Shown here: piece by piece, positions 35,549 through 46,243 of the stretch
Layout: each line of letters starts with the position of its first letter
Numbering within the stretch: position 1 is the first letter of the stretch
From: an uncultured Hyphomicrobiales bacterium
GTDB lineage: Bacteria > Pseudomonadota > Alphaproteobacteria > Rhodospirillales > 2-12-FULL-67-15
DNA length: 64,000 bases
NCBI GenBank assembly: GCA_964412955.1
Contig: CAYPQV010000014.1
Span: forward strand, 20,014 to 84,013
Direction: 5' to 3'
Translations under genes and position numbers: made by a program
Notes under the pieces: generated by a model
The model's input: the letters and a program-made list of their open reading frames with translations, nothing else
Database searches by the model: none
Told to the model about the DNA's origin: nothing

Positions 35549-36931
35549 ATGAACCTGACGGCGGTCGGTTGCGCGCTCGCGTGCGCGGTTGCGTCGGGCA
35601 TCCTTCCGTTCGGCGCGCGCGCCCAAGGGATCGCGGACGCGCTGGCCGAAGCGTACCGCAACAATCCGCAATTGCTGGCGCAACGCGCCCGCGTCCGGGC
35701 CACCGACGAACAGGTGCCGCAGGCGCTCGCCGGCTGGCGTCCGACCGTGGACATGACCGCCGACGCAGGCACGTCGCGCTACGAAACCAACATCCCGTCA
35801 TCCTCCAGTCCCGCCCTCCAGCACCGCGAGCCGAAAAGCACCAAACTCGAATTGACGCAACCGCTCTATCGCGGCGGCCGCACCCAGGCGGCGACGTCGG
35901 AAGCGGAAAACAACGTCAAGGCCGAGCGGGCGCGGTTGGTCACCGTCGAACAACGGGTGCTGCTCGACGCGGCGACCGCGTATCTCGATCTTTATCGGGA
36001 AATCGCGGTTCTCGATCTCAACGTCAACAACGAGCAGGTTCTGCGCCGTCAGCTCGAGGCAACCCGCGACCGCTTTCAGGTCGGCGAAATCACCCGCACT
36101 GACGTCTTTCAGGCCGAGGCCCGTCTTGCCCGCGCCACCGCCGACCGGATCAAGGCCGAGGGCGACCTCGAAATCGCGCGCGCGTCCTATGTCAAGGTGA
36201 TCGGCGCCGCGCCGCCGGCCACGCCGGCCTTGCCCGCCTCGCCCGACCAGGTGCCCGAGGACAAGGACAAGGCGATCCGCGACGCGGCGGTCCAGAACCC
36301 GGCGGTGATCGCCGCGGAATTCGACCAGAAGGCGGCGAAGGATCGGGTGGACGGCGCCGAAGGCGAGCTGCTGCCCACGTTCCGGTTCGTGGCGTCGGCC
36401 GGAAAGGATTGGGAGTCCTCGAACGAAAGCTCGCGCATCTCCAACCTCGAGGCCAAGCTCAAGTTCTCGATGCCGCTCTACGAGGCGGGCGCGACTTACG
36501 CCAAGGTGCGCGGCGCCAAGCAGACGGCGGCCGAACGCCAGAACCTGATCGACAAGGAACGCCGCGACGCGGTCCAGATTGCGACCCGCGCCTGGGACAC
36601 CCTGCAATCGGCCCGGGCCCGGGTCGATTCGTTCGATTCGCAGATCAAGGCGGCCACCGTCGCTCTCGAAGGGGTCGAACGGGAGGCCGCGGTCGGCTCG
36701 CGCACCGTGCTCGACGTGCTCAACGCGGAACAGGAATTGCTCGACGCCAAGGTCAATCATGTCCGCGCCCAGCGCGACGAATTGGTGGCGGCATTCGAGC
36801 TTAAATCGGCGGTCGGGCTGCTCACCGCCGAGCGGCTCCGGCTTGCGGTCGGTCTCTACGATCCGGTCGTTAATTACGACGAATCGCGGGACAAATGGTT
36901 CGGCACTTCCGTCAAGGGTGGCGTCGAATGA
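35549..36931 (+). CDS. tolC: TolC-family outer membrane efflux protein
   Basis: Signal peptide, 'LAEAYRNNPQLLA', and tandem OEP repeats with long helical segments. Confidence 0.9.
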   Translation: MNLTAVGCALACAVASGILPFGARAQGIADALAEAYRNNPQLLAQRARVRATDEQVPQALAGWRPTVDMTADAGTSRYETNIPSSSSPALQHREPKSTKLELTQPLYRGGRTQAATSEAENNVKAERARLVTVEQRVLLDAATAYLDLYREIAVLDLNVNNEQVLRRQLEATRDRFQVGEITRTDVFQAEARLARATADRIKAEGDLEIARASYVKVIGAAPPATPALPASPDQVPEDKDKAIRDAAVQNPAVIAAEFDQKAAKDRVDGAEGELLPTFRFVASAGKDWESSNESSRISNLEAKLKFSMPLYEAGATYAKVRGAKQTAAERQNLIDKERRDAVQIATRAWDTLQSARARVDSFDSQIKAATVALEGVEREAAVGSRTVLDVLNAEQELLDAKVNHVRAQRDELVAAFELKSAVGLLTAERLRLAVGLYDPVVNYDESRDKWFGTSVKGGVE

Positions 36932-36996
36932 CGGCTTGGGGTAAAAGAAACCGCTAGGAACAGGGCGCGCGAATTGCGCGCCGCAGGGGTGAATCG

Positions 36997-37611
36997 TTGG
37001 GCGATCAGAGCGCACAAACCGGCCAAGAACCGTCGATGGAGGACATTCTATCCTCCATCCGGAGGATCCTCGCCGACGACGAACAACAGGCAGCGCCGCC
37101 CCCGCCGAAAACCGAGGCCGCGCCGCCCCCGCCGCCGCCGCCCAAGCCCGCGGCCGCGCCGCCGCCGCCGAAGCCCGCGGCCGCGCCACCGCCGCCGCCG
37201 CCCCCTCCGCCTCCGCCGCCTCCTCCGGAGCCCGAGCCCGAGCCCGAGCTCGAGATGGATATGGCGGCCGCGATGGAGCCGCCACCGCCGCCTCCGCCGC
37301 CGCCGCCCCGGGCGGAGCCCGAAGTGCTTGAGCTCACCCGCGAAATGGTGGCGCCGATGGAGCACATCATCTCGCCGCCGACGTCGCTCGCCGGGTCCGA
37401 CGTGCTCGCCGAACTGGCCCGCGCCATTCTCGATCGGCGCGACTTCGCCGTCCGCGACGGCCGCGACATTACCCTCGAGGGCATGGTGCGCGAAATGCTC
37501 CGCCCGATCCTGCGCGAGTGGCTGGATCGCAACCTGCCCTACCTGATCGAGCGCCTGGTCAAGCGCGAGATCGACATCATGGTCAATCGGGCCGAACGGC
37601 TGGAAGAATAG
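36997..37611 (+). CDS. popZ: PopZ-like pole-organising protein (DUF2497)
   Basis: N-terminal 'MEDILSSIRRILADDE', a long poly-Pro/Ala linker, and C-terminal 'LEGMVREMLRPILREWLDRNLPYLIERLVKREI'. The start codon is TTG. Confidence 0.8.
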   Translation: MGDQSAQTGQEPSMEDILSSIRRILADDEQQAAPPPPKTEAAPPPPPPPKPAAAPPPPKPAAAPPPPPPPPPPPPPPEPEPEPELEMDMAAAMEPPPPPPPPPPRAEPEVLELTREMVAPMEHIISPPTSLAGSDVLAELARAILDRRDFAVRDGRDITLEGMVREMLRPILREWLDRNLPYLIERLVKREIDIMVNRAERLEE

Positions 37612-37671
37612 CCCGCTGGAAACCGCCGCGCGCGTTGGCTAGATTGTCGCCCCTTCGAGAGGCGCGGTTTC

Positions 37672-40395
37672 ATGCTCGACAAGACCTTCAATCCCGCCGA
37701 GGTGGAGCGGCGTCATTACGCCGCCTGGGAATCCTCGGGCGCGTTCGCTGCCGGCCGGCGCGCGGGCGAATCCCCGCGCGCGTCAAATGATGCGCCCCTA
37801 TCGGGGCGCGCTAACGCCGCGCCGTATGCCATCGTCATCCCGCCGCCCAACGTCACCGGCAGCCTGCACATGGGCCATGCCCTCAACAACACGTTGCAGG
37901 ACATCCTGGTGCGCTGGCGGCGGATGAAGGGCGACGACGTGCTGTGGCAGCCGGGCACCGACCATGCCGGCATCGCCACCCAGATGGTGGTCGAGCGCCA
38001 GCTGGCGGCGGAAAAAAAGACCCGCCACGACCTGGGCCGCGAGGCGTTTATCGCCTGCGTCTGGAAATGGAAGGAACAATCGGGCGGAACCATCACCGGG
38101 CAGTTGCGCCGGCTCGGCGCCTCGTGCGACTGGTCGCGCGAGCGTTTCACCATGGACGAGGGACTCTCGCGCGCGGTGCGCAAGGTGTTCGTCGATCTCC
38201 ACAAGCAGGGCCTGATCTACCGCGACAAGCGCCTGGTCAACTGGGACCCCAAGCTGCATACCGCCATATCCGACCTGGAGGTGGAGCAACGCGAGGTCAA
38301 GGGCAAGCTCTGGTACTTCCGTTATCCGATCGACGGCGGCGGGCCCGGCGCCTCCGGCGCCAACACCTACGTGACCGTCGCCACCACCCGGCCCGAGACC
38401 ATGCTCGGCGACACCGGCGTCGCGGTCCATCCCGACGACGAGCGCTACAAGGCGTTGGTCGGCAAGCACGTGATCTTGCCGCTGGTCGGGAGGAAGATTC
38501 CGATTGTCGCCGACGACTACGCCGACCCGACCAAGGGCTCGGGCGCGGTCAAAATCACGCCCGCCCACGACTTCAACGACTTCGAAGTCGGCCGGCGGCA
38601 CAATCTCGCCGCAATCAACGTGCTCGACCGCGACGCCAGGCTCAACGACGACGTTCCCGAACGCTTTCGCGGCCTCGACCGCTTCGTCGCCCGCGAGAAG
38701 ATCGTGGCGGAGATGGACTCTCTCGGGCTCCTCGAAAAGATCGAGGAAAATCCGATGATCGTGCCCTACGGCGACCGCTCCGGCGTGGTCATCGAACCCT
38801 GGCTCACCGACCAGTGGTACGTGAACGCGAAAAAGCTGGCGGAACCGGCGATCAAGGCGGTGGAGGAGGGGCGCACCCGCTTCGTGCCCAAAAATTGGGA
38901 GAACACCTATTTCGACTGGATGCGCAACATCCAGCCCTGGTGCGTCTCGCGCCAGATCTGGTGGGGCCACCAGATTCCCGCCTGGTACGGTCCCGACGGA
39001 CATATCTTCGTCGAACTGACGGCGGAGGAAGCGGCCAAGGCCGCGCGCGCCCATTACGGTCGCGCGGTGGACCTGAAGCAGGACGAGGACGTGCTCGACA
39101 CCTGGTTCTCGTCCGCGCTATGGCCGTTCTCGACCCTCGGCTGGCCGGACAAGACGCCCGAACTCGCGCGCTATTACCCGACCAGCGTGCTGGTGACCGG
39201 CTTCGACATCATCTTCTTCTGGGTCGCGCGCATGATGATGATGGGCCTTCATTTCATGCACGAGGTTCCGTTCCGCACCGTCTACATCCACGCCCTGGTG
39301 CGCGACGAAAAGGGCCAGAAGATGTCGAAATCCAAGGGCAACGTCATCGACCCCTTGGATCTGATCGACAAGTTCGGCGCGGATTCGCTCCGCTTCACCT
39401 TGACCGCGCTCGCGGTCCAGGGCCGCGACGTGAAGCTTTCGGAATCGCGGGTCGAAGGCTACCGCAATTTCGCGACCAAGATCTGGAACGCGGCGCGCTT
39501 CTGCGAAATGAACGGCTGCCTGCCGAAGAAGGGCTTCGATCCGGCCTCGGTCAAGCTCACCCTCAACCGCTGGATCGTCGGCAAGACGGCGGAAGCGGCG
39601 GCGACGGCGGACGCCGCGTTGACGGAATTCAAGTTCAACGAGGCGGCGGGCGCGATCTATCATTTCACCTGGGGGACGTTCTGCGACTGGTACCTGGAAT
39701 TCATCAAGCCGGTGCTGCAGGACGAGAACGCCGATCCCTCGGCCAAGGCCGAAACCCAGGCGACGGCGGCCTGGGTGCTCGACCAAACCCTGTGCCTGCT
39801 CCACCCGATCATGCCGTTCATCACCGAGGAACTGTGGCAGCGCATCGCCGGAGATCGTTCCGGCGCGCTGGCGGCCGAACGCTGGCCCGCGATCCCGCGC
39901 GCGTTGCGCGACGCCAAGGCCGAGGCCGAAGCCGATTGGCTGGTCGAGTTGATTTCCGCGATCCGCGCGGTGCGGTCCGAAATGAACGTGCCGGTGGCCG
40001 CCAAGATCGCGCTCCGCCATCGCGGCGCGTCCGCCGAAACCGCGGCGCGGCTGGAGCGCTACGGGGATCTGATCCGAAGGCTCGCCCGAATCGAGACGAT
40101 CGAGCTTTCTGCCGGCGCCGAGAAGGGCGCGGTGCAGGTGGTGGTGGGCGAGGCGACGTTTATTCTGCCGCTCGCCGGGGTCATCGACTTGGCCGCCGAA
40201 AAAGCGCGGCTCGACAAGGAAATCGCCCGGATCGAAGGCGAAATCGTCAAGTTCGACCGGAAGCTTTCCAACCAATCCTTCGTCGCCAAGGCGCCGCCCG
40301 AGGTGGTCGAGACCGAGCGCGAGCGCCTGGCCGAGGCTCGCGCGCTTCAAGCCCGCGTCAAGGACGCGCGCGCCCGGTTGCTCGCGGCGATGTGA
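37672..40395 (+). CDS. valS: Valine--tRNA ligase
   Basis: '[14 protein letters not shown]' (HIGH), 'KMSKSKGN' (KMSKS), and a C-terminal coiled coil. Confidence 0.97.
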   Translation: MLDKTFNPAEVERRHYAAWESSGAFAAGRRAGESPRASNDAPLSGRANAAPYAIVIPPPNVTGSLHMGHALNNTLQDILVRWRRMKGDDVLWQPGTDHAGIATQMVVERQLAAEKKTRHDLGREAFIACVWKWKEQSGGTITGQLRRLGASCDWSRERFTMDEGLSRAVRKVFVDLHKQGLIYRDKRLVNWDPKLHTAISDLEVEQREVKGKLWYFRYPIDGGGPGASGANTYVTVATTRPETMLGDTGVAVHPDDERYKALVGKHVILPLVGRKIPIVADDYADPTKGSGAVKITPAHDFNDFEVGRRHNLAAINVLDRDARLNDDVPERFRGLDRFVAREKIVAEMDSLGLLEKIEENPMIVPYGDRSGVVIEPWLTDQWYVNAKKLAEPAIKAVEEGRTRFVPKNWENTYFDWMRNIQPWCVSRQIWWGHQIPAWYGPDGHIFVELTAEEAAKAARAHYGRAVDLKQDEDVLDTWFSSALWPFSTLGWPDKTPELARYYPTSVLVTGFDIIFFWVARMMMMGLHFMHEVPFRTVYIHALVRDEKGQKMSKSKGNVIDPLDLIDKFGADSLRFTLTALAVQGRDVKLSESRVEGYRNFATKIWNAARFCEMNGCLPKKGFDPASVKLTLNRWIVGKTAEAAATADAALTEFKFNEAAGAIYHFTWGTFCDWYLEFIKPVLQDENADPSAKAETQATAAWVLDQTLCLLHPIMPFITEELWQRIAGDRSGALAAERWPAIPRALRDAKAEAEADWLVELISAIRAVRSEMNVPVAAKIALRHRGASAETAARLERYGDLIRRLARIETIELSAGAEKGAVQVVVGEATFILPLAGVIDLAAEKARLDKEIARIEGEIVKFDRKLSNQSFVAKAPPEVVETERERLAEARALQARVKDARARLLAAM

Positions 40396-40432
40396 TTTGA
40401 ATCCTTGATTTCTATTTCGTTATCGTGACCCA

Positions 40433-40789
40433 ATGACCCGAAGGCTTTTGGCCGTACTGCTCGTCATTTCGATCACCGTGTACGGGCCTCCCCCGGGAGT
40501 CGCGCAGGCCGGGATTCCTGCTGGAACGACTCCCTCCGAGTCCATCGAAGGGATCTGCCACTGCCCGCCCGGCGAAAACGCGTGTGACGTGAACCAAAGT
40601 CCGGAATGTGAGGACCTGCTCGGTTGCATAGCCCTTTGCGCCGGGTCGCCGCCTCAATTTTTCGGCGGCCAAGAATCGTTGTTCGTTCCATTCGACCTCC
40701 GAGCCGGATTAGCAACCGAATTCGATCCGGCCGCGTCCTGGTCGAGTTGCCCACCCTTCCGCCCCCCTCGCGTTTCGCTCCCCGTTTGA
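40433..40789 (+). CDS. Small exported Cys-rich protein (hypothetical)
   Basis: Signal-like N-terminus 'MTRRLLAVLLVISITVYG' and 'CHCPPGENAC...C...C...C'. It lies 105 bp upstream of the efflux adaptor gene in a locally AT-richer patch. Coding status is uncertain. Confidence 0.35.
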   Translation: MTRRLLAVLLVISITVYGPPPGVAQAGIPAGTTPSESIEGICHCPPGENACDVNQSPECEDLLGCIALCAGSPPQFFGGQESLFVPFDLRAGLATEFDPAASWSSCPPFRPPRVSLPV

Positions 40790-40894
40790 GGCCGACGGCT
40801 CCTTGAGTCGTCGCGTCGGCATGGCGCGTGTAGCGGCACGCTTGGTTTCGCGCGCCCATGCCCGTGCAATTACGGCAACGCAGGAACGATTCAA

Positions 40895-42475
40895 ATGAAA
40901 CGACGTCACATGGCGCTGCTTGCGGGCAGCGCGACTATCGTAATCATTATTGCAGCGATTTTTTCCACTCTTGACCATCTCGGTTCCGCGGTCGCAAGTC
41001 AGCATGGCTTCCGATGGGAAGCGGTCAGAAGCGAAATTCCCGTCGGGAAAGGCGTCCGCGTTGAAGTTCGTCTCGTCGATACCGATTCGAGACCGGCTCT
41101 CGGCGCCGTTTCCGCTATGTCGGCGCGACTCGACATGGGGCCCGATGGGATGAAGACGATGGCCGCTCCGTTACGGCCCGCGTCCACGGCGGAGCCGGGC
41201 GTGCTGGCGTTCGAGACGGATATTGCCATGGCCGGAAGATGGGCGCTCACCATTACGGGCGCCGTCAAAGGTTCGGGCCAACCAGTCGAAGGCGTCGTCG
41301 TTTTTACCGCGATTGAAAAACGGTCGGATGCGGAATCCGCCGCTCCGGTGGAGTCGGAACGACGTGTATTGTATTACCGCGATCCGATGGGACTACCCCA
41401 CGTGTCGCCGGTGCCGAAGAAGGATTCGATGGGGATGGATTTCATCCCCGTTTACTCCGACGAGGTCGCCGGTCCCGCGGGGACGGTTCGGATCGCTCCG
41501 GAGAAAATTCAACGCGCCGGTGTCCGGACGGAAACAGTCGAACGACGCCATCTCATGCGCTCCGTCCGCGCCGTCGGCACCGTTGTTGCCGACGAAGGGC
41601 GGGTCGCGGTGGTAACCACCAAGTTCGACGGATTCATCGAGGAACTGTTCGTTCCCGTTACCGGAGCCGATGTCCAACCTGGTCAGAATCTTCTCCGCGT
41701 CTGGATCGACGGCCGGGACATGCTTCAAAAGCAGTCAGACCTTCTGGTTGCGCTGCGGGGCACCGGCGGGCGCGGCGGCGATGTCGAGCGTGCCGAAGCC
41801 AATCTACGTCAGTTTGGCATTCCCGATCGGGTGATCCAGGATCTTCGACGGACGCGCGAACCCGTCCGATCGATCGTTTTGCCCGCTCCGATCGGCGGTA
41901 CCGTGGTGGAGAAACCGGCATTGAATGGTCAGCGATTTTCGGCCGGGAATACGCTCTATAAAATCACCGATCTCTCGACCGTGTGGATCATTGCCCAGGT
42001 CGCCGAACGCGATCTTGGCGCGCTGCGCGCGGGGCAAAGCGCCCGGATCGATTTCAAGGCGTTTCCGGGCGAAAGTTTCGAGGGGCGGGTTTCCTTCGTC
42101 TATCCGGAGCTTAACATGGCGACGCGGACCGCCCAGGCGCGGATCGTGGTCGCGAACAAGGAACGGCGGATTCGAATCGGGCAGTACGCCGACATTACCG
42201 TCGAATCCCCGGCCGCCTCCGGCCCCGTCGTTGCGGTTCCCGGCTCGGCGGTGATCGACAGCGGGACTCGGCGTATCGCCTTGGTTGCGAAAGGCGACGG
42301 CGTGTTCGAGCCGCGGGACTTGGTTCTTGGCGGACGCGGCGACGGCTACGTCGAAGTCAAGAAAGGACTGAACGAGGGCGAGCGCGTCGTCGTTCGCGGC
42401 AATTTCCTTATCGACGCCGAAAGCAATCTCCGTGCGGCGTTGGCCGCGTTCACCGCCGGGGAGACTAAGCCATGA
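40895..42475 (+). CDS. Heavy-metal RND efflux periplasmic adaptor (CusB-like) with an extra N-terminal YtkA-like domain
   Basis: HlyD/MFP beta-barrel and lipoyl regions. 'YYRDPMG...MGMDFIPVY' resembles the metal-binding segment of CusB-type adaptors. An N-terminal domain of about 110 aa carries 'RLDMGPDGM'. Confidence 0.8.
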   Translation: MKRRHMALLAGSATIVIIIAAIFSTLDHLGSAVASQHGFRWEAVRSEIPVGKGVRVEVRLVDTDSRPALGAVSAMSARLDMGPDGMKTMAAPLRPASTAEPGVLAFETDIAMAGRWALTITGAVKGSGQPVEGVVVFTAIEKRSDAESAAPVESERRVLYYRDPMGLPHVSPVPKKDSMGMDFIPVYSDEVAGPAGTVRIAPEKIQRAGVRTETVERRHLMRSVRAVGTVVADEGRVAVVTTKFDGFIEELFVPVTGADVQPGQNLLRVWIDGRDMLQKQSDLLVALRGTGGRGGDVERAEANLRQFGIPDRVIQDLRRTREPVRSIVLPAPIGGTVVEKPALNGQRFSAGNTLYKITDLSTVWIIAQVAERDLGALRAGQSARIDFKAFPGESFEGRVSFVYPELNMATRTAQARIVVANKERRIRIGQYADITVESPAASGPVVAVPGSAVIDSGTRRIALVAKGDGVFEPRDLVLGGRGDGYVEVKKGLNEGERVVVRGNFLIDAESNLRAALAAFTAGETKP

Positions 42476-45400
42476 TTTCGGACGTCATTCGATGGTCCGC
42501 GAAGAATATCGCCTTGGTGTTGATCGGGGCGGCATTTGCGACGCTGGCCGGACTCTATGCCGTCACGCGCATCCCGCTCGATGCGCTTCCGGACCTTTCC
42601 GATACGCAGGTCATCGTCTACACGGAATACCCCGGTCAGGCGCCGCAGGTTGTCGAGGATCAAGTTACGTTTCCGTTGACGACGGCGATGTTGAGCGTTC
42701 CCCACTCGCGGGTCGTGCGCGGATTCTCGTCCTTCGGCGTTTCGTTCGTCCATGTCATATTTCACGACGGAACGGACATCTACTGGGCGCGGAGTCGCGT
42801 CCTGGAATATCTGAGTACCGCCGCGCAACGTTTGCCGCGGGGTGTAATACCTAACCTTGGTCCCGACGCGACCGGAGTCGGCTGGGTATATCAATACGCC
42901 CTCACCGCCCCCGACCAAGATCTCGCACAGCTTCGATCTCTGCAAGACTGGCATGTCCGATTCGGGATCGCCAAGGCCGAGGGGGTCGCCGAGGTCGCGA
43001 GCGTTGGCGGCTTCGTCCGACAATACGCCGTCGTGGTCGACCCAAACCGGATGCGCGTGTTCGGGCTCACCTTGGAAGCCATTCGCGACGCCGTCCGCGC
43101 GAGCAATATGGATGTCGGCGGGCGTACGATCGAGCTTGCCGAGACCGAGTTCATGATCCGCGGGCAGGGGTACGTCAAAAACGTCGGCGACATCGAGCGA
43201 GTCGTTCTCAAGGTCAATGACGGCACGCCGGTCCTGTTGCGGGACGTGGCCCGCGTCGAACTCGTTCCGGATGAGCGACGCGGGATCGCCGAACTCAATG
43301 GCGAGGGCGAGGCGGTGAGCGGAATCGCCTTGCAGCGATACGGTGCCAACGCGCTTGACGTCATCGCCGCCGTCAAGGACCGGATTTCGGCGGTCGCGCC
43401 TAGCCTGCCCGCGGGCGTCGACATCGTTCCGGTTTACGATCGCTCCGACCTGATCCATCGCGCCATTTGGACCCTCGCCAAGACGCTCACCGAGGAAAGT
43501 ATTGTCGTCATGCTGGTCTGCTTCGTCTTTCTGCTTCATGCCCGAAGCGCGCTCGTCGCCATCGTCACCTTGCCCATCGGGATATTGATCGCCATTGCGG
43601 TCATGCGCGCGCTCGGCGTCGGCTCGAACATTATGAGCCTGGGCGGTATCGCGATCGCCATCGGCGCGATGGTCGACGCCGCGATCGTTATGATCGAAAA
43701 CGCGCATAAGCGCCTGGAAAACGCCCCGCCCGAGGCGAATCGGGCCGAAGTCATCATTGCCGCCGCGCAACAGGTCGGCCCCGCGCTTTTTTTCAGCCTG
43801 CTGGTCGTCACCGTATCGTTTCTGCCGATTTTCGCGTTGGAAGCCCAAGAGGGTCGCTTGTTCAAGCCATTGGCCTTCACCAAGACGTTCGCGATGGCCG
43901 CCGCCGCTGTCCTCTCGATAACATTGGTTCCGGCGTTGATGGTTCTGTTCGTCCGCGGGCGGATCGCCCGCGAGAGTCGGAATCCGATCAACCGAGCGTT
44001 AATTTGGATCTATCGGCCGGTAATCCGTCTCGTCCTGAAGGCTAAATGGCTGACCGTGCTCTTGGCGGTCGCGGTGGTTGCGGGCACGGCGATTCCCGTC
44101 CAGCGTCTCGGGTCCGAGTTCATGCCCAACCTCAACGAAGGCACGCTGTTTTACATGCCGACCACCCTGCCGGGGTTATCGGTCACCAAGGCGGCGGAGC
44201 TTCTGCAGACCCAGAACAAGATCATCAAGAGTTTTCCCGAAGTTGCGTCGGTTTGGGGTAAGGCGGGACGTGCCCAAACGGCGACCGATCCGGCGCCGAC
44301 CGAGATGTTCGAAACCATCATTAATCTGAAGCCCGAAAACCAATGGCGTTCCGGCATGACGTTCGACAAGCTGGTCGCCGAGATGGACGCGTCCCTGCAG
44401 TTTCCCGGTGTCAGCAATGCGTGGACGATGCCCATCAAGGCCAGGATCGACATGCTCTCGACGGGAATCCGCACCCCCGTCGGCGTGAAAATTTTTGGTA
44501 AAGATTTCAAGGAACTTGAGCGCGTCGCCCGCGAAGTCGAGGCGATTCTGCGCGCGGTCCCGGGTACGGCCAGTGCCTACGCAGAGCGCGTCAACAGCGG
44601 GTACTTCCTGGAAATCGCACCGGACAGGGATCGTATCGCCCGCTACGGTCTTTCGGTTGAGGCGGTTCAGCGGACGGTGGCCTTGGCGATGGGTGCCGAG
44701 GCCGTCACGACGACGGTGGAAGGACGCGAACGGTACGCTATCGTCATGCGCTATCCGCGAGACATTCGGGGTGATCCCGAGGCGATCGCCTCGGAAGTGC
44801 TCGTTCCTCTGTCGAGCGGTGCCGCAATTCCGCTTGGTGATATCGCCCGAGTCGAGCGTACCCAGGGGCCGACCACGATTCGGACGGAGGATGGCCAACT
44901 CGCGGTTTATGTTTTCGTCGACATCCGCGATCGCGATCTCGGAGGCTACGTCCGTGACGCGCAATTGGCCGTCGCCACCCACGTGAACTTCCCATCCGGT
45001 TATTACGCGACCTGGAGCGGCCAGTTCGAATATCTGGAACGGGCGCGGAAACGGATGATCATTATCGTGCCGGCGACGCTGCTTGTGATTTTCTTGCTGC
45101 TTTATCTTAACTTCCGACGCCTGTCCGATACGCTTATCATCATGCTGTCGCTGCCGTTCTCGCTGGTTGGGGGCCTCTGGTTCATGGACTGGATGAACTT
45201 CAATATGAGCGTCGCCACGGCCGTCGGGTTCGTCGCGCTGGCCGGCGTCGCCGCCGAGACCGGGGTGGTGATGCTGATCTATCTCCACCAGGCATTTGGC
45301 GAGATAAAGGCGCGTTGCGAGGCGGAAGGCCGGGTGTGGTCGCCGGCCGACCTCCATCACGCCATCATGGTTGGAGCGGTCCATCGGGTTCGGCCGAAGA

Positions 45401-45636
45401 TCATGACGGTTACGGCGATCATGGCGGGGTTATTGCCGATTCTTTGGAGCACCGGCGTCGGTTCGGAGGTCATGCAACGAATTGCCGTACCCATGATCGG
45501 CGGAATGGTATCGTCGACCGTATTGACGCTAATCGTGATTCCGGCTCTGTTCGCCCTTGTGCATGAACGCGGCGTGGCGTCATTGGGACCGCGTCCGAAA
45601 CGAAAGGGATGGACTCTTGCGATTAAGCGTCGGTAA
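42472..45636 (+). CDS. cusA: Heavy-metal efflux RND pump (CusA family)
   Basis: 'LGGIAIAIGAMVDAAIVMIENAHKRLE' and 'FLPIFALEAQEGRLFKPLAFTKTFAM' are nearly collinear with E. coli CusA. The ATG overlaps the adaptor gene stop. Confidence 0.9.
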   Translation: MISDVIRWSAKNIALVLIGAAFATLAGLYAVTRIPLDALPDLSDTQVIVYTEYPGQAPQVVEDQVTFPLTTAMLSVPHSRVVRGFSSFGVSFVHVIFHDGTDIYWARSRVLEYLSTAAQRLPRGVIPNLGPDATGVGWVYQYALTAPDQDLAQLRSLQDWHVRFGIAKAEGVAEVASVGGFVRQYAVVVDPNRMRVFGLTLEAIRDAVRASNMDVGGRTIELAETEFMIRGQGYVKNVGDIERVVLKVNDGTPVLLRDVARVELVPDERRGIAELNGEGEAVSGIALQRYGANALDVIAAVKDRISAVAPSLPAGVDIVPVYDRSDLIHRAIWTLAKTLTEESIVVMLVCFVFLLHARSALVAIVTLPIGILIAIAVMRALGVGSNIMSLGGIAIAIGAMVDAAIVMIENAHKRLENAPPEANRAEVIIAAAQQVGPALFFSLLVVTVSFLPIFALEAQEGRLFKPLAFTKTFAMAAAAVLSITLVPALMVLFVRGRIARESRNPINRALIWIYRPVIRLVLKAKWLTVLLAVAVVAGTAIPVQRLGSEFMPNLNEGTLFYMPTTLPGLSVTKAAELLQTQNKIIKSFPEVASVWGKAGRAQTATDPAPTEMFETIINLKPENQWRSGMTFDKLVAEMDASLQFPGVSNAWTMPIKARIDMLSTGIRTPVGVKIFGKDFKELERVAREVEAILRAVPGTASAYAERVNSGYFLEIAPDRDRIARYGLSVEAVQRTVALAMGAEAVTTTVEGRERYAIVMRYPRDIRGDPEAIASEVLVPLSSGAAIPLGDIARVERTQGPTTIRTEDGQLAVYVFVDIRDRDLGGYVRDAQLAVATHVNFPSGYYATWSGQFEYLERARKRMIIIVPATLLVIFLLLYLNFRRLSDTLIIMLSLPFSLVGGLWFMDWMNFNMSVATAVGFVALAGVAAETGVVMLIYLHQAFGEIKARCEAEGRVWSPADLHHAIMVGAVHRVRPKIMTVTAIMAGLLPILWSTGVGSEVMQRIAVPMIGGMVSSTVLTLIVIPALFALVHERGVASLGPRPKRKGWTLAIKRR

Positions 45637-45653
45637 GCGAGAGGCAATGCGAT

Positions 45654-46178
45654 ATGGGGGTCAAGAATAGTTCCGCGAATAAACCGGGGGGAGAAACGAA
45701 AACCAAGGCAAAACTGCCGGGTCCCTCGCCCGAGGAGCGCGCCGATTTCGTCGTCAAGCGGCTCGAGGAATTCATCCGCGAGAAGAAAAGCCCGGAAGGG
45801 ATGAACTTCAAGCACTGGCAGGCGCTGTGCAAGGCGGAGATCGCCGCCGCCATCGCCGCCGCCATGAAGGAACAGAACCGGGGCGATGCCGCCTTGAAGC
45901 GGGTTCTGTTCGCCGGCGCGGCCGCGCTGGTCACCATCGGCTTCTGGGGAACGGCGGTCTCGCTCGGCCGGGCCGACTATATGATCGCCGGCATCGTCTG
46001 CCTCATCGCTGGGCTCATGTTCATGGCCGTCGCCGCCGATTGGACCCTGGCCGGTTGGCGCGCCAAGCGCCGCGCGCGCGAACGGATGGAAACGCTCGCC
46101 CGCGTCGGCGATCTCGACCGGCGCCTCAAGGCGATCGAGAAGGAAAAAGAGAAGGAAGCGGAAGAGGCGGGTAAATAA
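45654..46178 (+). CDS. Hypothetical membrane protein (two TM segments, Lys/Glu-rich C-terminus)
   Basis: ORF with two hydrophobic segments, immediately after cusA. Confidence 0.5.
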   Translation: MGVKNSSANKPGGETKTKAKLPGPSPEERADFVVKRLEEFIREKKSPEGMNFKHWQALCKAEIAAAIAAAMKEQNRGDAALKRVLFAGAAALVTIGFWGTAVSLGRADYMIAGIVCLIAGLMFMAVAADWTLAGWRAKRRARERMETLARVGDLDRRLKAIEKEKEKEAEEAGK

Positions 46179-46180
46179 CG

Positions 46181-46215
46181 AAAAGGCGCCGGCCGTTTCC
46201 TCGCGGCCCGGCGCC
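46181..46215 (-). terminator. Terminator-like hairpin after hsp20
   Basis: GGCGCCGGGCCG-CGAGGAAA-CGGCCGGCGCC followed by TTTTCG on the minus strand. Confidence 0.45.
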
Positions 46216-46243
46216 CGGAAGGCTCGCGCGATCGCGGTTACTT

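Noticed and set aside
37090-37320. GC-rich simple-sequence repeat (GCCGCC/CCGCCG runs) as a possible VNTR or non-coding repeat
   Set aside because: It encodes the poly-Pro/Ala linker of the PopZ-like protein in frame. The overlapping poly-Gly and poly-Arg ORFs on the other strand and frames are by-products.
37944-40400. 818-aa plus-strand ORF in another frame of valS
   Set aside because: valS (37672-40395) has HIGH and KMSKS motifs. The alternative frame is Arg/Gly/Pro-rich with no motifs.
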